The position numbers and the translations under genes were made by a program. A stretch of DNA of 64,000 nt from Octopus sinensis (taxonomy: Eukaryota), in assembly GCF_006345805.1 (NCBI RefSeq), contig NC_043012.1:55800001-55864000 (forward strand), in the 5' to 3' direction. Below the pieces are notes generated by a model that saw only the letters and a list, made by a program, of their open reading frames with translations, had not been told where the DNA came from and made no database searches. This document shows positions 12,240 to 23,580 of the stretch, piece by piece (position 1 is the first letter of the stretch; each line of letters starts with the position of its first letter).

Positions 12240-12868
12240 AGTGTAAAGAGAAGGATTGCTCAGTGCCTAAAATATCGAGCAAAGAATATAAGCAGCGATC
12301 GTGATGCCCACCACGAAGAAATTATCAAGCTCAGTAACAATCTATTAAGCAACAACTACTCCAAAAACATACTATCAACTCCAATTATGAAGAAAAGAGA
12401 GGATGAAACCAATAAACTGTCCACAGCCTGTCTACCCTATGTGAAAGGCCTCTCCGAAAAGATACAAAAGATATGCGGTCCATATGACATCAAGACAGTA
12501 TTCAAGAGTAATACAACAGTTCGCAAATATCTCTTTCGGGTAAAACTACCATTAGAAGAGAATATTACCAAAAAACTACGTGTACTCCATCCCATGCAGC
12601 TGTAGTAGGTTATACAAAGGCGAAACATGCCGCCCCCTCAAAATAAGAGTAGAGGAACATCGCGAAGCTGTGACACGAAGAGATAGAGATAAATCGGGTG
12701 TAGCTGATCATGTATGGAAAAATGGAGACCACTTCCCCCTGTGGGATGAAGTTAAAATAATAGACAGAGAACACCACTGGAAAATACGAATTAAAAGAAG
12801 CAGCACATATGCTAGGACACAACAACCTCCTAAGCAGACCGAGTGTAGATATGAATAGCATATGGGAA
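12240..12868 (+). pseudogene. Penelope-like element ORF 3' fragment (RT thumb/linker + GIY-YIG endonuclease)
   Basis: SVKRRIAQCLKYRA...LPYVKGLSEKIQKIC..YDIKTVFK then VYSIPCSCSRLYKGETCRPLKIRVEEH...SGVADHVW, with two frameshifts; typical PLE linker and GIY-YIG layout. Confidence 0.9.
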
Positions 12869-12924
12869 GGATAGGAAAATATTAGATTCATAAGCCCTAA
12901 AAATTCACTCCAAAAAATGCCCCC

Positions 12925-13165
12925 GGGCATATGGCGTAGTTGTTAAGAGCGCGGGCTACTAACCGCAAGATTCCGAGTTCGATTCCAGGCTGTGACCTGA
13001 ATAATATTAATAATTATAATAATAATATCGAAAAATATTTTAGGAATGAGAACCCAGGTTCGAAATTTCCTCAAAGCACCTAATGAAGGCTGGAGGGTAT
13101 ATCAGCCGAAACGTTGTGTTACAAACAAGATGAGGGCAAATATCCGTCGAATGTAAATAATGTAC
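12925..13165 (+). mobile_element. SINE-like family E: tRNA head, (AAT)n spacer, hammerhead-containing tail
   Basis: A box tggcgtagttg (12932), B box gagttcgattcc (12975); same body at 51477-51767 (-), 51773-52107 (+), 63948-64000 (-). Confidence 0.85.
13076..13119 (+). ncRNA. Minimal type I hammerhead ribozyme motif (this copy has G5A in the core)
   Basis: gcac CTAATGA a ggctg-gagggtatat-cagcc GAAA cgt t gtgt; other copies carry CTGAAGA. Confidence 0.65.
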
Positions 13166-13780
13166 TGTTCTTTTCTTTTGATGATGTGCCTTTGCACCTG
13201 AAATATAAAGGTTTTATTAAACGTTCTGCACTGTCAGAAGCTTTCTAATATAATGCATCGCTGAGAATTGAATCCACGACCTTACGACTGTGAGTCGAAT
13301 ACCCTGGTGCTATGTCTTTTCGTCAAACGTCTTTTGGTCCGACATCTTTTAGTCCGGTGATTTTTTAGTCCAATTTTAAATAAACTCTTTAGAAAACAAA
13401 GTGAAATATCTCTAATGATATATTCACAGAACTAAAACGAGCTTCGTTATAGGATTGTTTACGTCGTTCTTTTTCTTTCTCTGTTAACAGTTTTACTTTC
13501 TCTTTTTCCTTCTTTCTATACAAAAGTATAGCGTTTTGTATAGAGAGTGATGCAAATTTAGTGTACACATATTCAATTTACCCATCCCGAAATGACAAGG
13601 TTCTTAGTGTTGACGGAAGGCAAAAGAAAAGTAGTTGATGAAAGTCAATACATCTACGATTTTCATTCAAGCAATACAAAACTAGGAAAAGAATACTGAA
13701 GATGTGAAAAAAGAAGGCTGTGTTGAGTGCGAATTCACACGGTAACGGAAAACAATGAGCTGAAAATTGTTTATTTTTCT

Positions 13781-14010
13781 TATTTCTTTATTGCCCACAA
13801 AGGCTAGACATAGAGGGGACAAACAAGGACAGACAAACGGATTAAGTCGATTATATCGACCCCAGTGCGTAACTGGTACTTAATTTATCGACCCCGAAAG
13901 GATGAAAGGCAAAGTCGATCTCGGCGGAATTTGAACTCGGAACGTAACGGCAGACGAAATACGGCCAAGCATTTCGCCCGGCGTGCTAACGATTCTGCCA
14001 GCTCGCTACC
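13781..14010 (-). mobile_element. SINE family A (A1 tail)
   Basis: Reverse complement of the family A consensus incl. aatccgtttgtctgtccttgtttgtcccctc tail. Confidence 0.9.
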
Positions 14011-14039
14011 TTTACATTACTGCCGAATAAAACAAAGCA

Positions 14040-14432
14040 GATACACGAATTATTTTTCGAGCAATTGAAAATTATGCAACCTAATGCGTGTCCGCCTGAT
14101 CTCATGACTGTTTTTGAAGTCGCAGTTCATAAGGCATTTAACTCATCATTCCCTAATTCATCTATCGTGGCATGTTTGTTTCATTTGAGCCAATCAGTAT
14201 TTCGAAAAATTACAGGTTTATGCCTCAAAGTAAAATACAATAAAGACTGAATTCTGTCTTAATATTCTATGTATTTCAGCATTAGCCTTTCTACCCGTTG
14301 AAGATGTCGAAGAGGCCTATGAAAAGTTAATAGACGATGAAGAAATACCAGCTGAATTCATTGGTTACTTCGACTTGACTTACATAGGCGTTGTGAGAGG
14401 ACGTGGTGCTAAACGAAGGAGAGAACCACTTA
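14040..14432 (+). pseudogene. MULE (Mutator) transposase fragment
   Basis: LMTVFEVAVHKAFNSSFPNSSIVACLFHLSQSVFRKI...ALAFLPVEDVEEAYEKL...EFIGYFDLTYIG; D/FE...CxFHL.Q is the MULE DDE signature region. Confidence 0.8.
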
Positions 14433-14458
14433 CATTCAATAATAAAAAAAAACGTCTG

Positions 14459-14869
14459 GGATCTTTTCGGTTTGAACGGCAGTTTTTTCTAGCGGTGTCA
14501 TATGAAATTGTCACCCATAATTATGACCCTAGAATCGATCTATTGCATTTCAATCTATTTTAGGGTTAGGGGTGGGGGGAAGGGTATCTTTTTTTCTTCA
14601 CAAATGTAAATAAACCCAATCTGTTTCTTAAACGAGGGACATATTCATACGACACAGAATGTTTTTAACTCAATAGACGTCACTGATTGGTTGAAATTGC
14701 AGAAATTGAAAAAAAAAACAAAACAAATATCTTAGAAACTATAAAATTTTCTCAATAAAGCCAAGAGAAAAAGATGTTTTATAAACACATTCTACCAGTA
14801 TACGAAGTTTAAAATTTTTCAGTTACCTAGAAATTATGTTAAAAACTGCCGTTCAAACCGAAAAGATCC
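14459..14869. mobile_element. MITE family F, copy 1 (29-bp TIR, 8-bp TSD)
   Basis: TIR ggatcttttcggtttgaacggcagttttt / aaaaactgccgttcaaaccgaaaagatcc; TSD aacgtctg on both sides. Confidence 0.9.
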
Positions 14870-15597
14870 AACGTCTGAAACTGTGGTAGTGAACTTCGAC
14901 TCATTTGTGTTATTATTTAAACGTTATGATCTGTTCGTGTTTGTGTGTGTGTGTGTGTGTGTAGACGGTTAAATTTGAAAATATCTCCGCTCAGTAACTC
15001 AGTTAAGCTAAGCTGTTAGTGTTTCCATAGCAGTTATCTGCCTTTGCTGCTCAAGTTAGAAGACGGAGAGCGACAGCGAGCGTGAGAGCATAACAGAGAC
15101 AGAGAGAGAGAGGAGGGAGAGAGAATTATGGAGGCACAGTGCCAATTATAATAGTAGATTCCTTTAAGTATATTGTATATTCCTGGTTATTGTCGGTGTT
15201 TTTTCCTCCCGTTTCTAAAACAGCAGATAACGTTATTCTCAACAATAAGCATTCCCTCCAATTTATGAGATATAAATCTGGGCGGCCATTTTCTTACATG
15301 TCTTTTAATATTTAAAAATCTTTTCCTCTTCAAATTTTTTTCTGGCCATAAAAGATTATATCTTATTGGATCGCAGATGTAGAATGACAGTTTTTTTTTC
15401 TTTCTTTGTTGAATTGTCTTTCAATTAGATACATCTAAATTAGTGCTAAGTTATTAAATGCAGAAAGCAGCTGAAGATAACTAGGTAAAATTATGCGGTG
15501 AGAAAGGAAAAAATAAAAAATACCTGTAGGCGATGAGTCATGTTATTTTTTATTCTTTCAGTAAGTACAAGAAAGAATTATTTTGTGTTTCGTTTAG

Positions 15598-15960
15598 GGC
15601 AGCGAGATGGCAGAATCGTTAGTGCGCCGGGCGAAATGCGTAGCCGTATTTCGTCTGCCGTTACGTTCTGAGTTCAAATTCCGCCGAGGTCGACTTTGCC
15701 TTTCATCCTTTCGGGGTCGATAAATTAAGTACCAGTTACGCACTGGGGTCGATGTCATCGACTTAATCCGTTTGTCTGTCCTTGTTTGTCCCCTCTATGT
15801 CTAGCCCCTTGTTGGCAATAAAGAAATAAGACTCGTTAGCGCGCGCCGACAGAATGCTTAGCGACATTTCGTCCGTACTTACGTGCTGAGCACTAACTCC
15901 GCCGAGGTCGACTTTGCCTTTCATCCTGTCTAGATCGATAAAATAAGTACCAGCTGAGTG
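15598..15960 (+). mobile_element. SINE family A dimer (A1 unit + partial second unit)
   Basis: Complete unit to about 15830, then restart at cgttagcgcgcgccg with second core. Confidence 0.85.
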
Positions 15961-16013
15961 CTGGCTATGAGTCAAAATTTGAATTCGTTATTGTTATTAG
16001 TATTCGATTTCGT

Positions 16014-16397
16014 GGAGGCGCAATGGCCCAGTGGTTAGGGCAGCGGACTCGCGGTCATAGGATCGCGGTTTCGATTCCCAGACCGGGCGTTGTGAGTGTT
16101 TATTGAGCGAAAACACCTAAAAGCTCCACGAGGCTCTGGCAGGGGATGGTGGTGATCCCTGCTGTACTCTTTCACCACAACTTTCTCTCACTCTTACTTC
16201 CTGTTTCTGTTGTACCTGTATTTCAAGGGGCCGGCCTTGTCACTCGCTGTGTCACGCTGAATATCCCCGAGAACTACGTTAAGGGTGCACGTGTCTGTGG
16301 AGTGCTCAGCCACTAACACGTTAATTTCACGAGCAGGCTGTTCCGTTGATTCGGATCAACCGGAACCCTCATCGTCGTAACCGACGGAGTGCTTCCA
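16014..16397 (+). mobile_element. SINE family C, tail type beta
   Basis: Head ggaggcgcaatggcccagtggttagggcagcggactcgcgg...tttcgattcccagaccggg; unique tail ending accgacggagtgcttcca. Confidence 0.9.
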
Positions 16398-16411
16398 TTC
16401 GATTTCTTTAG

Positions 16412-16615
16412 GGCGGCGAATTTGCAGAATCGATAGCACGTTGAACAAAATGCTTTCTATGTCTTCCGGTTCTTTACGTTCTGAGTTCAAATGCCGCGGA
16501 GGTCAACTTCATCCTTTGCGGATCGGTAAAAAAACAATGTACCAGTTACGTATTAGGGTCGATGTAATCGAGTTGCCCCTCTCCTCAAAATTTCCGGCCT
16601 TATCATACATGGCGA
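16412..16615 (+). mobile_element. SINE family A (A2 tail), diverged
   Basis: ggcggcgaatttgcagaa...gttctgagttcaaat...catcctttgcggatcggtaaa. Confidence 0.8.
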
Positions 16616-17179
16616 AGAGATATTAAGAAAAAGCGACCCATTAATAAATTCTACAATAATTTATACTTGTTAACGTAGAGACTTTGAAATATTCAGAGAA
16701 AACAAATTACTCTTAGACGCCATCCATATTGAATAGTAGCAGCCAAGTTAGTATTAACGCACTTTGTATTCGGTGCTTCGTAAACCTAACTTGAATAAAT
16801 TTTGTTAGGAAATTTCTTCATAATTCCAACAAATCTTTGTTATATTATCCTGCACAGCAACGAATGTATATCTGTTCACTAAATCAATAGCTTTGTGGAC
16901 ATATCTAAACACTTGTTTTTAACAGTTTCTTAAACATCTCATTTCTGTCACATCTCTTCTGCATGATCATATACATTGATCGCAAGGTATCTTTACCCCA
17001 ATCCCTTTTTCTCATTTATTTCTTACCTCCACATACTTGTTCTACCACTCCCATCCCTTCTTTTTTTTTGTGAGCCCTCCAGCTCATTGGGCCGGTCATC
17101 CGGTTCTCATGGCGTACATAAATGACGAAGATTACAGCACTCGCCCTGAACGGGACGCCGGTTTGTTTTAGGGTTCAAG

Positions 17180-17365
17180 GACAGTAATTTTGTGTGGAAG
17201 GGACAAGTCGATTATATCGACTCCAGCACTTGACTGACACTTTTATTTATCGACCTCGAAGGCAATGTTGATCGCCATGGATTTGAGCTCAGAATGTAAA
17301 GATCCAGAAGAAATACGACCAAACATTTTGTATGGCACATTAACAATTATGCAAGCTCACTGCTT
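17180..17365 (-). mobile_element. SINE family A, degenerate
   Basis: aagtcgattatatcgactccag...tttatcgacctcgaagg...atttgagctcagaatgtaa. Confidence 0.6.
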
Positions 17366-17402
17366 TTTTAATATAATGTAGAATTGTTTAGTATAATATT
17401 GT

Positions 17403-17705
17403 TGTTTGTTCCTTCTCGAGCCACGCCTGGCTCATAAGGGCCGGTTTCCCTGTTTCCTTGGCGTATAGGTTCCCCACCTGGACGGGATGCCGGTCCGTCG
17501 CAGGAGAGCTGCAAGATGCAGGAGGAAAGAATGAGACAAAGTTGTGGCGAAAGAGTCAGCAGAAGTTCGCCATTTCCTTCTGCCGGAGCCGCGTGGAGCT
17601 AAGGTATTTCGCTCATAAACTCACACATCGCCCGGTCTGAGATTCGAAGCCGCAATCCCTCGACCGCGAGGCCGCTGCTCTAACCACTAGGCCATGTGCC
17701 TCTAC
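17403..17705 (-). mobile_element. SINE family C-related, tail type gamma, with 15-bp TSD
   Basis: TSD ttagtataatattgt at 17388-17402 and 17706-17720; same element at 48541-48856. Confidence 0.9.
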
Positions 17706-17921
17706 TTAGTATAATATTGTGCAATATAAAGCAGTATAATGTCAAAAGTGTTGGACATGTAGAATAAGTCGAGAGCGTATTTAGTTAATCTCAAGCCTCT
17801 TATCAGTTTTATCCCTCACGTAATTTCCCTATCCTATGATACCTGTAATTAACTCCTTGTTTTCCTTGTTAATATAACAGAATTTCAAGAGCGCCTGGAT
17901 GGAATAATCGTTAGAGTAGCA

Positions 17922-18338
17922 GGATCTTTTCGGTTTGAACGGCAGTTTTTTCTAGCGGTGTCATATGAAATTGTCACCCATAATTATGACCCTAGAATCG
18001 ATCTATTGCATTTCAATCTCTTTTAGAGTTAGGGTTAGGGGTGGGGGAAGGGTATCTTTTTTTCTTCACAAATGTAAATAAACCCTATCTGTTTCTTAAA
18101 CGAGGGACATATTCATACGGCACAGAATGCTTTTTAACTCAATAGACGTAATTGATTGGTTGAAATTGCAGAAATTGAAGTAAAAAAAACAACAAATATC
18201 TTACAAACTATAAAATTTTCTCAATAAAGCCAAGAGAAAAAGATGTTTTATAAACACATTCTACCAGTATACGAAGTTTCAAATTTTTTAGTTACCTAGA
18301 AATTATGTTAAAAACTGCCGTTCAAACCGAAAAGATCC
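17922..18338. mobile_element. MITE family F, copy 2
   Basis: Same TIRs and body as 14459-14869; TSD not clean (gagtagca / aagcagta). Confidence 0.9.
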
Positions 18339-18524
18339 AAGCAGTAGGCTAAATAGCTTGTGTCGGTTATATCCATTTATATTCAGAGTTTAAAACCCGC
18401 CGCTGTGTACTTTCTCTTTCATCATTCCGAACAGAGGGTCGATAAAATACGTATCGTAAACTGATACTTATTTTATCGACCCTCTGTAGTATTTAACAAA
18501 CTCGGTCGATAAGATCCCAAATGT

Positions 18525-18632
18525 TATTATTATTATTATTATTTATTATTATTATTATTATCATTATTATTATTATTATTATTTTATTATTATTTATTAT
18601 TATTATTATTATTATTAATATTATCATCATCA

Positions 18633-18703
<71 letters not shown>

Positions 18704-18740
18704 TATTATTATTATTAACATTATTATTATTATTATTATC
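18525..18740. repeat. (TTA)n microsatellite with (TCA) interruptions
   Basis: Direct inspection. Confidence 0.95.
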
Positions 18741-18789
18741 AAGTGCTTGGGTTGGCTTAATCGACTGGCCTCATGCTATAGTTAGATAC

Positions 18790-19003
18790 GGGTTTCAAAT
18801 TTCGGCACAAGACCAGCAAGTTCGGGGATGGTAGGTAAGTCGATTACATCGACCCCAGTGTTTCACTGGTACTCAAATTATCGACCCCGAAAAGATGAAA
18901 GGCAAAGTCGACCTCAGCAGAATTTGAACTCAGAACGTAAAGACGGACAAAATGCCGCTAAGCATTTTACCCGGTGTACTGACGATTCTACCTGCTCGCC
19001 GCC
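18790..19003 (-). mobile_element. SINE family A (A2 tail)
   Basis: Reverse complement of the family A consensus. Confidence 0.85.
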
Positions 19004-19029
19004 TTATAATAATAATAATAATAATAATA

Positions 19030-19065
<36 letters not shown>

Positions 19066-19067
<2 letters not shown>

Positions 19068-19276
19068 GTTTCAAATTTTGGCACAAGGTCAGCTATTTTG
19101 TGGGAGGAGGTAAGTCGATTACATCGACTCCAATACTCAAGTGGTATTTATATTATCGACTCCAAGAAGATAAAAGGCAAAGTCGACCTTAGCGGAATTT
19201 GAACTCAGAACGTAAAGATAGATGAAATGCTGCTAAGTATTTTGTGCAGCTGTTAACGATTCTGCCAACTCGTTGC
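19066..19276 (-). mobile_element. SINE family A (A2 tail) with (TAT)n tail at 19005-19065
   Basis: Reverse complement of the family A consensus, directly tandem to the previous copy. Confidence 0.85.
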
Positions 19277-19420
19277 TTTGCCATTGTTAGATATTCATAT
19301 ATAATTTCCAACACTGAAATTTATTTCCAAGTATTCAGATCAGACACAGGTAGTCATGACGAAATAGTAAAATTTACTGCCATTTTGTTCTTTCCTTTCA
19401 ATGGAATAATTAATCAATAA

Positions 19421-19828
19421 CTCTTTTACTTGTTTCAGTCATTTGACTGTGGCCATGCTGGAGCACCGCCTTTAGTCGAGAAAATCGATCCCAGGACTTA
19501 TTATTTGTAAGCCTAGTACTTATTCTATCGGTCTCTTTTGCCGAGCCGCTAAGTTACGGGGACGTAAACACACCAGCATCGGTTGTCAAACGATGTTGGG
19601 AGGACAAACACAGACAAACAAACGCATACACACACGTACATATATATATATATATATATATATACGACGGGCTTCCTTTTAGTTTCCGTCTACCAATTTC
19701 ACTCACAAGGCTTTGGTCAGCCCGAGGCTATAGTAGAAGACACTTACCCAAGGTGCCACGCAGTTGGACTGAACCCGGAACCATGTGGTTGGTAAGCAAG
19801 CTACTTACCACACAGCCACTCCTACGCC
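19421..19828 (-). mobile_element. SINE family B, full length
   Basis: Head ggcgtaggagtggctgtgtggtaag to tail gtaaaagag. Confidence 0.9.
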
Positions 19829-20264
19829 AATGATTAACAATTGAGGTTATGATTTAGAAAGTCTTTCGTAAGTTTAGTTCTTATGATGCCGGTGTTCACA
19901 CCCAAGTCAACCCTGACTGATCAGAAATGCATATTAGATTTTCCATCTATTTTTCTAGTGTGTACGAACTACATTTTTTAGTGTCGTTGCTTTGTTTAAA
20001 ATGGTAAGATGGGATATGGGGGAAATTTGGCTGATATTTCTTGTAGGTGAAATGACCACATAGAGGCTGTCACGTTAGCTCGTGTTTACTCTTAGTTGTA
20101 GTCTTCCGTTTACTTCTAATTATAGTATAATGTAAAAAAAAAATTTGACAGTGCATAAGGACAGTGGTTTAAAATAGTGAGAAAAAAGAATCTCTGTAAA
20201 ATATAACTCCATTCGCAAATACAAAATATTCAAAATTTGTTTTTAAATAATTTCATTTCCGTAT

Positions 20265-20975
20265 TGATATTAGTTGAACCATACTTCATGACAACAGTTA
20301 AGCCATGCTTGACATTAGCTGGGTTATAATTGATAACATCAGTTGACCCGCAGTTATGAAATTAGTTGAGTCAAACTTACTGACTTGAGATGAGCAACAT
20401 TTGACGACAATATTTGAACCATACTAAGGCGGTGAACTGGCAGAATCGTTAACACACCGTACAAAATGCTTAGCAGCATTTCGTCCGTTTTTACGATCTG
20501 AGCTCCAATTCCGCCGAGGTCGACTTTGCTTCCACCCTTTTCAGGTCGATAAAATAAGCCCCATTTGGACATTGGGACCCATGTAATCGACTTACACCCT
20601 TCTCCGAACATGTTGGCCTTGTTCCAGAATTTGAAACCAATATTTGAACCATACCTCATGATAACAATTAAGCCATACTTGATGATATCAGTTGAGCCAT
20701 ATTTCGTGACAAAAGTTGAGCCAGATATGAAGATATCAGTTCAGTCATATTTGACATTAGTTGAAGTATACTTGATGGCATCAACAGAGCTACTCTTCGC
20801 ATCGATTGAGCCAAACTTAACATTAGTAGAGCCATACTTAATAACATAGGTTGAGCTATTCTTTATGATATTTGTTGAACCATTATTGATGACAACAGTT
20901 GAGCTATACTTGATCACATTAGTTGAGTTATGATTGACGATATTAATTAAACCGTACTTGATATTAGTTGAGCTA
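20265..20975. repeat. Degenerate 21/24-bp minisatellite (gttgagccatacttgat(gac)atta), interrupted by a SINE
   Basis: Recurrent gttgagccatactt units on both sides of the SINE at 20428. Confidence 0.75.
20428..20637 (+). mobile_element. SINE family A (A2 tail) with 17-bp TSD
   Basis: TSD caatatttgaaccatac at 20408-20424 and 20638-20654. Confidence 0.9.
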
Positions 20976-21080
20976 TAACGATATAATATTGTTTACTAAT
21001 ATAATTAGTGTCTTTGCGCTATCTGGCTTTCTTCTTCCTCCCTCTCTCTGTTTCTCTTCCTTTGCTTTCTTTCTCTCTCT

Positions 21081-21495
21081 GGATCTTTTCGGCTTGAACG
21101 GCAGTTTTTTCTAGGGGTGTCATAGGAAATTGTCACCCATAATTATGACCCTAGTATCGATCTATTACATTTCAATCTGTTTTAGGGTTAGGGTTAGGGG
21201 TGAGGGAAGGGTGTCTTTTTTTCTTCACAAATGTAAATAAACCCAATCTGTTTCTTAAACGAGGGACATATTCATACGGCACAGAATATTTTTTTACCTC
21301 AATAGACGTCAGTGATGGTTGAAATTGCAGAAATTGAAGAAAAACCAAGAAATATCTTACAAGCTATAGAATTTTCTCAATAAAGCCAAGAGAAAAAGAT
21401 GTTTTATAAACACATTCTACGAGTATACGAAGTTTAAAAGTGTTTAGTTGCGTGGAAATTATATTAAAAAACTGCCGTTCAAACCGAAAAGATCC
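21081..21495. mobile_element. MITE family F, copy 3
   Basis: Same TIRs; TSD ctctctct on both sides. Confidence 0.9.
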
Positions 21496-21924
21496 CTCTC
21501 TCTGTCTCTTCTACCTGACATGCACAACAAAGGTAATTAGCTGTTATGTAACTGTCATTAAGTCTCTATATTTCGTTGAAACGCTGACAGGTCGTATAGT
21601 TAGCTGAGTACTAAATATAGCATACATGATACGCTTAACTATCCATTGTACTCACAACACACATTCATATAATTGGATGGATATTTTATCATTTGCTAAA
21701 CGATAACGAGCAACATGTATTTTGAGTCAATCATTTTAATTAATCCCGCATACCGCCAATAGTTGGCTATAAAACCGAACATTTATCGCATGTGGAGATT
21801 CCACGGATACCAATAGTTATAAAGTTATAGGAAAGTGAATATAACTGCATATACTTGCATATCAAATGGCTGATATGATTTTACTACGATACAATCAGAT
21901 GCTTTCTCTCTGCAAAAATGTGTA

Positions 21925-22026
21925 ATTAGCAGTTTCTGAAAACATTGTGTTCTGTGTAAATTGCAACCATTCGTGATTAGCAGTTTCTGAAAACATTGTG
22001 TTCTGTCTAAATTGCAACCATTCGTG
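21925..22026. repeat. 51-bp tandem duplication
   Basis: attagcagtttctgaaaacattgtgttctgt(g/c)taaattgcaaccattcgtg twice. Confidence 0.95.
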
Positions 22027-22529
22027 AGACGGCGGTAACTCTACATGATATGTAAAGAGGAAAAAAAAAAACGATATAAAACAAGACAAAATAAGTAGTA
22101 ACTAACAGTATAGGCAGATAGGCTGTAGATTCACAAATGGGAACAATATATACGCTATCGTAAGCTATTCCTTTGTACTGTTAGCTTAAATAATCGTAAA
22201 AACAATCACTTTAGCTTAATCAGCCAGTTTGTGCTTGCCAGAAATCTAGACCTCTGCTAATAAGTTTCATTTGGATCGGTGCCTTTTCAGTACAAAACCA
22301 TCCCAGAAATGTATCAGATTCATACATCGCTAAAAGATAATTTCAAAACTAAAAACGGTTCACCTTTGGCAAAGTTTTCAAATCTTCATTGTTTTTTTTG
22401 TTTTTGTTGTTTTTGTATTTTTCTCTATGGAAGATACAAAAATGTTAAATAAAACACTAAAGTATAGTATTTCTAAGTTTTAAAGAAAAATGTTTGGAAG
22501 CAACAATACTCTACGGTAAAAATAAAATG

Positions 22530-22608
<79 letters not shown>

Positions 22609-22867
22609 AAGAACATTTTGCATTCCCGAAGTGAAGTTCTACAGTAGAAGATAATTTTCAAAATTCCAAATTCTCTGCGGTTTACATGTGAACCTATTTT
22701 CAGAGGTGAATGACATCGCCATTGAAGTTAACTAAAAACCAAAGCAATTAATTAATGTTGTATTTATGAAAACACAGTTTTGTTTATAAAGGAAATTAGG
22801 AGGATTAAACGATCAATTAAGCAGACAGTTATCTTTATAAAGCAATTAAGAAGTTTAAAAGATCCAT

Positions 22868-23181
22868 TACGTGTGCGGCACCTTGGGTAAGTGTCTCCAA
22901 TTCGAGCCTCGGGTTGACCAATGCCTTGTGAGTGATTTTAGTTGACGGAAACTGTGTGGAAGCTCGTCGTATAGATATTTACATAAACATACATACATAC
23001 ATGCATACATACATACATACATACATGTATACATACATACATACATACATGCATACATACATACATACATACATACATACATACATACATACATGCATAC
23101 ATACATACATACATGCATACATACATACATGCATACATACATACATACATGCATAGATACATACATACATACATACATACA

Positions 23182-23214
<33 letters not shown>

Positions 23215-23460
23215 GTATATATGTATGTGTAACGCCTTTTGTTTGTATTTATTCCCGCAACGCTTGATAAGCGGTGTTGGTTGATTTACGTCTCCATGAA
23301 GTTACGGGGACGTAAGCTTCACGGTTCGACAAAAGATAATCGTAGAATAAGTACCAGATTTATAATAATAATAAAAAAAATACTGGGGTCGATTTGCTCG
23401 ACAAAACCCTTTCAAAGCTGTGCCCCTGTATGGCCGTAGTTCGATGACTGAAACAAGTAA
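22868..23460 (+). mobile_element. SINE family B, 5'-truncated, with expanded internal (CATA)n
   Basis: CORE-like segment, about 240 bp CATA tract, family B 3' half. Confidence 0.8.
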
Positions 23461-23580
23461 AAGCTAGAATATAAACCTTTATCAATCGAAGATCTTTACA
23501 TTCTCTGAAAGGTTTCTACTTCTTTCGAAATATAATGTGTAAAACTATAAGCAAAATGTAAAGTATCTCATGAATGTTTA

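Noticed and set aside
21181-21200. Telomere or interstitial telomeric fusion site
   Set aside because: Only 2-3 TTAGGG units, at the same position inside each MITE F copy.
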